Below, piece after piece: positions 56,569 through 64,000 of a stretch of 64,000 nt of DNA. The DNA is taken from contig CAVXGR010000018.1 in the NCBI GenBank assembly GCA_963761335.1, forward strand, positions 288,001 through 352,000, read 5' to 3'. How positions within the stretch are numbered: the first letter of the stretch is position 1; each line of letters begins with the position of its first letter. The notes beneath the pieces were generated by a model. It ran no database searches, had not been told where the DNA came from, and was given only the letters and a program-made list of their open reading frames with translations. Origin of the DNA: an uncultured delta proteobacterium (lineage in GTDB: Bacteria > Desulfobacterota > Binatia > HRBIN30 > BPIQ01). The position numbers and the translations under genes were made by a program.

Positions 56569-57918
56569 CTACGCCGCCTGCGACGTCTGTGTCTGGGTGA
56601 CGGGGGCTGTGACCGGGATCACCGCCTCGAAGCAGGTGCCGACACCGAGGGTGCTCTGTACGGCGACGCGGCCGCCCAGCAGCTCGCTGAAGCGCTTGAC
56701 GATGAAGAGGCCGAGGCCGAATCCGCCCGCAGCGGAGGTCGACCGCGAGTAGCGATCGAATATCTGGGGCAGCGCCTTCTGATCAATTCCCTCACCGGTA
56801 TCGGTGACGGCGAAGCCGACGGCGGTGGCGTTCGCCTGCGGGGTGACCATCAGGGTGACCGATCCGGAGGTCGTGTGTCGCAGCGCATTGTGCAGCAGAT
56901 TGCGGACGACCGCTTCCAGCTTGCCGCGGTCGGTGCGCATGCGAATACCCGCCGGGGGAGCTTCCCACAGAAGCTTTACCTGCGGCCGCTTCCAGGCAGC
57001 CGGGAGCTCATTCCGAAGGCGTTCGATCATCTCCGCGAGATCGAACTCTTCGACCGAGAGCTCCAGGCGGCCGGACTGAATGCGGCCGAACTCGAGCATC
57101 GTCTGCACCAGCTCGACGGCGCGAATCGACTGATCGCGAATGTGTTGCAGGCACTCGGCCAGCCGCTTCTCGTCGATGTCGCCCTGGCGCTCCACCAGTA
57201 CCTCGCTGAAGTTGCGGATGGCTCCCAGCGGCGTGCGCAGCTCGTGGGAGAGGATCGCCATGAGATCGGATTTGGCGCGGTCGGCGGCGCGCGCTTCGTC
57301 GCGCAGGTACCCGTTCTCCGCCGCCAGCGCCGCCTGGCGGAAGGCGTCCTGGAGAATGCGGGAGCGATACTGATCCATGGTGCGGGCGCCGACGGCGAGC
57401 ACGAAGAGAAACGTTGCGAGGGCGGAGGCGCTGTACCAGGGTGGGAACGCGGTTATCGTTCCCAGCTGCAGGACGGCAGCATAGCCGGCCACGGGGGCGA
57501 TGCTCGCCAGGAGCTGGTTGCGCAGCCCGAGCGGAAACATCACGGTGAACCCGCCCATCAGCACGGTGATGGCAAGGACGCAGAGCTCGCCGCTGCCGCG
57601 CACCATGGGAGAGTAGCTCAGCATGGCGATGCAAAGAGCGCTGACGCCGCCGACCGCGATGGGGACGGCCCAGGCGGCCCGCCGGCGCAGGGTGACGGCG
57701 CAGGCCAGCGCGATGGCGACATATAGTCCCCCGACGAGAAGCAACGCAGAGCGGTGTGTCGGGCGGGTCATCCACTCCATGACACCGACGAAGAAGACCA
57801 CCAGAAAGAAAGCGCGGAAAGCGGGGCGCGCGTTGTCGATGACGAGCCGGCAACGCTCCTCTGCTTCTACATGAGAGAACGACGCGATTGGCTTCACCGC
57901 CACCCGGGCTGTGGTCAT
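56569..57918 (-). CDS. membrane sensor histidine kinase
   Basis: Multiple TM helices, SHELRTPL, NLLHNA, DTGEGI, GFGLGL. Confidence 0.92.
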   Translation of the reverse strand: MTTARVAVKPIASFSHVEAEERCRLVIDNARPAFRAFFLVVFFVGVMEWMTRPTHRSALLLVGGLYVAIALACAVTLRRRAAWAVPIAVGGVSALCIAMLSYSPMVRGSGELCVLAITVLMGGFTVMFPLGLRNQLLASIAPVAGYAAVLQLGTITAFPPWYSASALATFLFVLAVGARTMDQYRSRILQDAFRQAALAAENGYLRDEARAADRAKSDLMAILSHELRTPLGAIRNFSEVLVERQGDIDEKRLAECLQHIRDQSIRAVELVQTMLEFGRIQSGRLELSVEEFDLAEMIERLRNELPAAWKRPQVKLLWEAPPAGIRMRTDRGKLEAVVRNLLHNALRHTTSGSVTLMVTPQANATAVGFAVTDTGEGIDQKALPQIFDRYSRSTSAAGGFGLGLFIVKRFSELLGGRVAVQSTLGVGTCFEAVIPVTAPVTQTQTSQAA

Positions 57919-58197
57919 CGGACTTCGTCTGGCGCTGTCATTGTGCTGCGGTCGCGGATCCCTCTGACCGGTCAGCGCTATTCGTCTATCCCAGTTCCAG
58001 GATTAAAACCAATGGTCTTCGGAAGAACCGGTGCGCTGGCGGCGCCCTTCGAGGCCCCGGGGCAGCCGCTCTCTAACCGACCGGAACCTTTCTCGGACAG
58101 TGGGGCAGTACGGGGAGCGGTGAGGCGCAATTCATCGGTGCCCGCCGTTCCGGGAGGGCGCTTGACTGAGGCCGGACCGCGTGGTTCGAGAAAACGC

Positions 58198-59478
58198 ATG
58201 ACCGTCGACGCCGTCGCCCTGGCGGAAGAGCTCAACCGCAGCTGTCACTGCATCGCCGTCGACCCGGCGAAGCTGCAGAGGAGCCTCGAGTCCGGGCCGA
58301 TCACCGCCGGCGTGTACGCGGCGATGCAGCGAGAGCAGCCACACCTGTTTTCCGCCTCGCCGGTCTTCTTGGCTCGTGCGCACGTGGATCACATGCAGGC
58401 GGTGATCCGCGCCATCGAGAGCGTGATCGCCACCGCGCCCTTTCGCGAGTGGGCGCTCGGCCTGGCGCCCGAGGTCGCCCGGCTCGATTTCGGACCGCGG
58501 GGCGCTTTCCTGGGGTACGACTTTCATCTCGGTCTTCTCGGCCCGCAGCTGATCGAGATCAATACCAATGCGGGGGGCGGTCTGCTCAACGCGGCCCTGG
58601 CCCGCGCCCAGCAGGCCTGCTGCACGGAGGTCGAAGCGGTGCTGAGCGGTACCTGCGACCCAGAGGCTCTCGAGCAGCGGTTCGTGGACATGTTTCGCGA
58701 GGAATGGCGCCGGCAGCGAGGTGAGGCGCCTCTGCGGCGCATCGCCATCGTCGACGAGCAGCCGGCGCGGCAGTATCTCCATTGCGAGTTCCTGCTCTTT
58801 CGCGAGCTCTTCGAGCGCGCCGGTCTGTCGGCGATCATCGTCGACGCCGCCGATCTCGAGCGGCGGGGTGGGCGTCTGTGGGCCGGCGGCGAGCCGGTCG
58901 ACATGGTCTACAATCGCCTCACCGACTTCTACCTGCGCCAGCCGGAGAACGCGGCGTTGGGCGGTGCCTACCAAGCCGGCGAGGTGGTGGTCACTCCGAA
59001 TCCGCGCATCTACGCCCTGTACGCCGACAAGCGCCATCTCACGGTGCTGTCCGACGCCGCGCTGCTGCGCGACTGGGGCATCGCCCCGGAGCTGATCGAG
59101 CTGCTGGCGGCGAGTGTGCCGGAGACGCGCATCGTCGAAGCGGAGCGCCGCGAAGAGCTGTGGCGCGAGCGCAAGCGCTACTTCTTCAAGCCCGCCGGCG
59201 GCTATGGCAGCAAGGCCGCATATCGCGGCGACAAGCTGACGCGCACTGTCTGGGAGAGCATGCCGAGCCAGCCCTACGTGGCCCAGCGCCTGGTCCCGCC
59301 GAGCCAACGCACCATCCGCGTCGACGGCGAGCAACGGCCACTGAAGCTCGATCTCCGCAATTACGTGTACGCGGGCGAGGTGCAGCTGGTTGCGGCTCGC
59401 CTGTACCAGGGGCAGACCACCAACTTCCGCACTCCGGGCGGCGGCTTCGCCCCGGTGTTCACCGAAAACACCGGCTGA
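58198..59478 (+). CDS. circularly permuted ATP-grasp-like protein
   Basis: GYDFH...LIEINTNAGG placed N-terminal to ADKR, FFKPAGGYGSK, YVAQ, DLR.Y. Confidence 0.65.
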   Translation: MTVDAVALAEELNRSCHCIAVDPAKLQRSLESGPITAGVYAAMQREQPHLFSASPVFLARAHVDHMQAVIRAIESVIATAPFREWALGLAPEVARLDFGPRGAFLGYDFHLGLLGPQLIEINTNAGGGLLNAALARAQQACCTEVEAVLSGTCDPEALEQRFVDMFREEWRRQRGEAPLRRIAIVDEQPARQYLHCEFLLFRELFERAGLSAIIVDAADLERRGGRLWAGGEPVDMVYNRLTDFYLRQPENAALGGAYQAGEVVVTPNPRIYALYADKRHLTVLSDAALLRDWGIAPELIELLAASVPETRIVEAERREELWRERKRYFFKPAGGYGSKAAYRGDKLTRTVWESMPSQPYVAQRLVPPSQRTIRVDGEQRPLKLDLRNYVYAGEVQLVAARLYQGQTTNFRTPGGGFAPVFTENTG

Positions 59479-59503
59479 TCTCCGGCGCCCACGCCTGTCG
59501 GCG

Positions 59504-60283
59504 TCAGCCGATCATGGTGCCGATGTACCAGTGGATCAGCCGTTCGCCGAAGAAGAGGGCGATGACGGCGCCGGCGGCGAGGAACGGGCCGAAAGGGATG
59601 GCCAGCTTGCGGTCCTGGCGCAGGTAGACCATCAGGGAAATGCCGATGATCGAGCCGGTGAGAGAGCCGGCGAGAAGGACGATCGGCACTTGGCGCCAGC
59701 CGAGGAAGGCGCCGATCATCGCCAGCAGCTTGACGTCGCCGAAACCCATGCCCTCGATTCCGGTGATCCACTCGTAGGCGGTGGCGACGACGTAGAGGAT
59801 GCCGCCGCCCACCAGGATGCCGATCGCTGACTGCAGCGGCGACGGCGTGCCGTCGATGAAGAAGGTCGCCGTCAGGCCGACGCCGATCCCGGGGATGCTG
59901 ATGCTGTCGGGAATGATCTGATAGTCGATGTCGATGAAGGTGATCACCAGCAGGGCGGACACGAAGACGAAGTAGAGAAGCAGCGCCGGCTGCAGGCCGA
60001 AGCGGAGAAAGGTTGCCACGGCCAGGAGCCCGGTGAGCAGCTCCACCGCGGGATAGCGCATCGAGATGGGCGCCTGGCACTGATGGCAGCGGCCGCGCAA
60101 CAGGAGGTAGCTGAGGATCGGGATGTTGTCGATCGGGCGGATGGGGGTCTGGCAGTTGGGGCAGCTCGACGGCGGGCTCACCACCGAGAGCCCCTTCGGC
60201 AGCCGATAGATGCAGACGTTCAGAAAGCTGCCGATCACCGCGCCCACGCCGAACGCGAAGAGCTCCAGAATCACGCTGTCCAT
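59504..60283 (-). CDS. pilD: prepilin peptidase / N-methyltransferase
   Basis: GSFLNVCIYRLP, CPNC, CHQC, FIDID, GMGFGDVKL, IPFGPFLA. Confidence 0.95.
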   Translation of the reverse strand: MDSVILELFAFGVGAVIGSFLNVCIYRLPKGLSVVSPPSSCPNCQTPIRPIDNIPILSYLLLRGRCHQCQAPISMRYPAVELLTGLLAVATFLRFGLQPALLLYFVFVSALLVITFIDIDYQIIPDSISIPGIGVGLTATFFIDGTPSPLQSAIGILVGGGILYVVATAYEWITGIEGMGFGDVKLLAMIGAFLGWRQVPIVLLAGSLTGSIIGISLMVYLRQDRKLAIPFGPFLAAGAVIALFFGERLIHWYIGTMIG

Positions 60284-61246
60284 TCAGCGGACCCGCTTGA
60301 GCAACCACAGGCTGATGACGCCGGTGATCAGGTCGGCCACGGTCAGCCACACGCGCTGAACCAGGGCAATGGTCACGGCCACCGAAGAGGGCACGAAGAA
60401 GGAGAGCAGATACGCCTGGACCCCGTCGCGGATGCCGAGGCCGCTGGGGGAGACGATGGCCACGAAGCCGATCAGCCAGGAGATGGTGTAGATGCCGGTG
60501 AAGATGACGACGTCCCGGAGAGTGGAAGGATAGAACGCCTGGAGCAGGTAATAATAGCCGATGGCGAAGGGGATGCAGCTCAGCAGAAAGTATCCCAGCG
60601 AGACGATCAGGGCCCGTCGCGTGAAGCGCGGCGGGGCGGTGTCCTCGTGATAGATGCGGTCGGCGAGAAAGCCGAGCACTCGCTTCGGCAGCGGGCTCAG
60701 CAGGATGACGCCGGCAAGCAGCCACGAGGCGACCGCCACCAGCGGGTACTCGATGCCGCCGCCGGGCCAGAGAAGCAGGGTGGCGCCGAAGATGAGGATG
60801 CTGCCGCCGCAGATGACCGCCTGCTGCAAGAGAATGGTGAACAGGGTCGTGCGCGCCGAGAGATCGAAGCGGCGGCCGTAGTGGGCCATGCCGACATACG
60901 CCCATACCGACCCCGGCAGGTACTTGGTGAGGGCGCTGACGAAGTAGACGGCGAAGGCATTGCGAAAGGAGAGGCGGTGGCGGAAGTCGACGAGAATGCG
61001 CTTCCACATGATCGGGGAGATCGCCAGACACGTCACCAGAGCCGCCATCGACACCACCATCTGCGGCGCCGAGAAATGGAAGGACAGGTCCTTGAGATCC
61101 TCACTCGACTTCAGCAGAGCCCGGCCGAGGAAGACGGCACCGCCCAGCATGACCAGCAGCCCGGCGATCGACCGCCAGGGCGACGGCCGCAGCGTCAGCT
61201 GCGTCTCCTCGGCCGCGGTGGTGTCTTCGTTCTGCGGGATGGCCAT
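60284..61246 (-). CDS. lysylphosphatidylglycerol synthase TM domain / flippase-like protein
   Basis: KYLPGSVW, PSGLGIRDG, multi-TM. Confidence 0.8.
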   Translation of the reverse strand: MAIPQNEDTTAAEETQLTLRPSPWRSIAGLLVMLGGAVFLGRALLKSSEDLKDLSFHFSAPQMVVSMAALVTCLAISPIMWKRILVDFRHRLSFRNAFAVYFVSALTKYLPGSVWAYVGMAHYGRRFDLSARTTLFTILLQQAVICGGSILIFGATLLLWPGGGIEYPLVAVASWLLAGVILLSPLPKRVLGFLADRIYHEDTAPPRFTRRALIVSLGYFLLSCIPFAIGYYYLLQAFYPSTLRDVVIFTGIYTISWLIGFVAIVSPSGLGIRDGVQAYLLSFFVPSSVAVTIALVQRVWLTVADLITGVISLWLLKRVR

Positions 61247-61351
61247 GAACAGGAGGTTCAGATGGGTTCGTTCCGTCGCCAGCGAATGGATGGCAGCTGC
61301 GGGTAAGCCGGTACTAGAGAGCCGGCGGAACGGAGTCAAGAGATCGGCGGC

Positions 61352-62797
61352 TCAGGGGGCGTTCTGCTGCGCCAGGCGCAGCCCCGGGCGGGCGAGAAGA
61401 GCGTCGTGCCCATCGGTCAGCTGGACCTGATATCCCCCGTCGCGGATGAGGCGCTGCACGAACTCGCGGGCCTGCTGGCTGGCGTAGATGTCGGGGACGT
61501 CGAGAATCCAGTCGGGCGGTGCCGTCTCCTGGTCGAGCGCCGCTTGCTCGGCGATCACCAGCGAATCGTGCTCGCCGCCGCTCTGCAGCTTCCAGGACAG
61601 GTAGGGCAGAAAGGCGAGCGGGGTGAGAATGCTCGGCTGGCCGTTCAGGTGCATCTGCAGCATCTCGCCGGAGGAGCTCGCAAACGACATCCCTTTCTCG
61701 AACGGCTCGGCGAACTCGCTGCGGTAGCGCGCCTGGCGCACCAGGTAATCGTTGGCGACGAAGAAAAGCATCATGCCGCACACGGCGAGCTCGGCCCACC
61801 GCGGCGTGAGGCGCCGCCCGAGATAGAAGATCGCGTACATCAGGAAGCCGAGGAACCAGACCTCGAGCGCCCAGTAGAATCGGAAGAACGGCATGTAGCG
61901 AGACGGAATGCTGAGCAGCACGTATCCGAGGAGGAAGAGAATGGGCATGAGAAACAGCGGGCTCGTCAAGCGGCGGCGGTCGGCGGCGATCCAAATGGTG
62001 AGGCCGGCGAACCCGAGGGGGGCGGTGGTCACGAATACGTTCTTCACCAGCTGGGACCAGACGACGAAGTGCATCACATCGCCGGGGCCGACGGTGAAGC
62101 CATCGCGCATCGCCGCAAAAGCGGCCAGGAAGCGCTCCGATGCGAAGGCCCCGCCCAGAAGGGCGCGATTGGCCAGCAAGGTGAGCGGAATTGCCAGCCC
62201 CGGCAGCAGCGCACACGCCCACGCCTTGCGGCTGCGCGGCTCGGCGGCGATGAAATACAGGGCGCAGGGAAGGGTGACCGGCTTGATCAGCGCCGACAGC
62301 AGCAGCGCCACGGAGGCCGCCAACGACCTGTGGTGCATGGCCAGGTAGATCGCCGCGAACAGCAACAGCGCGATGTACATGTCGGCGCTGGACTTCAAGG
62401 TCAGGACGGTCTTCGACGGATCCAACAGCATGAAAGCCGAGGTGAGCAGGCCGACGGTCCGATCGAAGGCGTCGCGCGCCACCAGGTAGACCAGAACTCC
62501 GAGCACCGCCGAGGCGACCGCGGAGCAGAGGAATGCCAGGTGCACGTCGTTCAACGGCCCGATGCCGAACACCAGCAACGGCTTCGGATGGGTGAAGTAG
62601 CTGACGCCGTAAAGTGACGGATCGTTGTTCCACCAGTTCCGGAAGTACACGAAATAGGCGACCAGATCGGTGTCGAACAGATTGCCGGGATAGAGGCGGG
62701 CGAAGATGAGCGCGTGCGCCAGGTGTGCGGCGAAGAGGGGCAGTGTCCACCAGTCCATCGGCCGTTTGTCGCGAACGAGCGGATGCTCCATTGGCAT
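61352..62797 (-). CDS. polytopic membrane protein, possible GT-C glycosyltransferase
   Basis: Many TM helices, acidic first loop (FDTD), LLLSALIKP, C-terminal soluble domain. Confidence 0.65.
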   Translation of the reverse strand: MPMEHPLVRDKRPMDWWTLPLFAAHLAHALIFARLYPGNLFDTDLVAYFVYFRNWWNNDPSLYGVSYFTHPKPLLVFGIGPLNDVHLAFLCSAVASAVLGVLVYLVARDAFDRTVGLLTSAFMLLDPSKTVLTLKSSADMYIALLLFAAIYLAMHHRSLAASVALLLSALIKPVTLPCALYFIAAEPRSRKAWACALLPGLAIPLTLLANRALLGGAFASERFLAAFAAMRDGFTVGPGDVMHFVVWSQLVKNVFVTTAPLGFAGLTIWIAADRRRLTSPLFLMPILFLLGYVLLSIPSRYMPFFRFYWALEVWFLGFLMYAIFYLGRRLTPRWAELAVCGMMLFFVANDYLVRQARYRSEFAEPFEKGMSFASSSGEMLQMHLNGQPSILTPLAFLPYLSWKLQSGGEHDSLVIAEQAALDQETAPPDWILDVPDIYASQQAREFVQRLIRDGGYQVQLTDGHDALLARPGLRLAQQNAP

Positions 62798-63000
62798 TAT
62801 CCTAAGCAGTCCGCGTGCCAGGTGAGGTGTGCCACTTCCTCAACGCCGGGCGTCCGGCGAGGGCCGCGAATGGACGACAGGCCATCGACGATTTGTGATT
62901 CTCGTCGACGCGGCGCGGTTCCGATGGGGCAGAGGGTGCCGTGGCTGGCACGGCCGCCGCGCTTTGCTCGCTTTCCTCACGGAGCGGATGGGGCGGTGGT

Positions 63001-64000
63001 TCACGGCTGTTGTTCGTCGCTCCGCGCTTTCCAGAGAACGAGCCAACGGCCGCGATAGACGACCGTGTAATCGTCGCGCAACGCGGTGGTGATCACCTCG
63101 GGAAGCAGCGCCAAGCCGTGGTATTTTTCGGCACTCTCGAGCTTGCGGTTGCTGATCACCAGATCGTAGTCTCGCCGTCGCAGTCGCGCCACCTCGGGCG
63201 CGAAGTCCACGATTCCGTGCGCTGCCAGCCGAGTGGCATGGTAGGGGTCGGTGAATGGGAACGCCAGCCTGCGCGATTGACAGTAGAAAGTGTCGAGGCA
63301 GAGGATCTTTGAGGGAGAGTTCGCCGTCGCGGCGTCGGCGACGCGTAGCTCCTGGGAGGTGGGCGGCACCGATTCCCAGAAGATGACGCGCGATTTCCAG
63401 GGCCCTATGGCGAGCAGGATGACGATTGGAGAGAGTAGCCAAGCCGACCGAGCGCGAATGGGCGAAGCCGGCGAAGAGAGGCCCTGTACCTCGAGTTTGC
63501 CGAAGGTCACACTCGCGGCGATTCCCCAGACGATGATCGAATCGAGTAAGTAGTTGATGTTACTTCCCTCTTTCGTCATGAAGAGCAGATCGAGGCCGAG
63601 TGTCGCGAACAGGGTGAGTCTCAGGGCGGAGACGCGGAAGAGCAGTAGGCCGACGATGGATATCCACAGGAGAAGCAACTGCCCCTCCGGTTGCAGGAGG
63701 CCCAAGTCCGCAAGACTATATTGGAAATTGTATCCAAGGCTCTGTTCGGACCCGATCAGGTTCAGCTGCCACAGGCCACCGGTGGCGTGATTGAGTGCCG
63801 CGGCGGAGAGGACATCCAGGGCGATGCAGCCGCCCCCAACGGCTGCGAGGACGGCCGCGGCTCGGCCCCACGGGGGCCGTGAAGTTGCTCGACGGTTGAC
63901 GATCGCAAACACGAGAATCTCTGCCGCGAACCCGATCTGCCCAACGAGAATGTTGGGTTTGAAATGGAACCCCAGCACCCACAACCCCAGCGCCGCGGCG
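63001..64000 (-). CDS. polytopic membrane protein, possible GT-C type (5' end outside window)
   Basis: Frame open to the window edge; FKPN and KEGSNINY motifs; C-terminal soluble domain. Confidence 0.6.
   Translation of the reverse strand, partial: AAALGLWVLGFHFKPNILVGQIGFAAEILVFAIVNRRATSRPPWGRAAAVLAAVGGGCIALDVLSAAALNHATGGLWQLNLIGSEQSLGYNFQYSLADLGLLQPEGQLLLLWISIVGLLLFRVSALRLTLFATLGLDLLFMTKEGSNINYLLDSIIVWGIAASVTFGKLEVQGLSSPASPIRARSAWLLSPIVILLAIGPWKSRVIFWESVPPTSQELRVADAATANSPSKILCLDTFYCQSRRLAFPFTDPYHATRLAAHGIVDFAPEVARLRRRDYDLVISNRKLESAEKYHGLALLPEVITTALRDDYTVVYRGRWLVLWKARSDEQQP

Noticed and set aside
1..64000. tRNA, rRNA or intact transposase genes
   Set aside because: None recognised by eye; tRNAscan-SE and Rfam were not run.

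Overview
High-GC bacterial chromosomal window. A protein family at 26333-26749 and the overall gene set suggest a deltaproteobacteria-related lineage such as Candidatus Binatia (inference). Most of the window is housekeeping: yebC-ruvCAB, addAB-type helicase/nuclease, two moeA paralogs, an ECF sigma/anti-sigma operon, NuoEF-like plus formate dehydrogenase alpha, a D-Ala-D-Ala carboxypeptidase, dxr, dksA, tmk-holB-PSP1-metG-tatD followed by a sugar ABC transporter, a minor-pilin operon, pilD and membrane glycosylation genes. Three things stand out. (1) At the left end, a 4-Cys FNR-like regulator with an altered recognition helix sits next to three ATGAC-N4-GTCAT-type palindromes, each placed like a class II activator site. 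These point at two paralogous small Cys-rich proteins and a candidate structured RNA, beside a tungsten-family aldehyde:ferredoxin oxidoreductase. (2) A decayed integron lies after ruvB: an intI C-terminal remnant facing its array, an attI-like core, three attC sites, and intact cassettes that are all toxin-antitoxin pairs. (3) Several families of intergenic palindromic elements occur, including elements built from inverted arms of tandem octamers, one of which contains two further nested elements. All product calls come from motif recognition by eye; no searches were run. Start codons were adjusted from the ORF track using RBS and overlap evidence.
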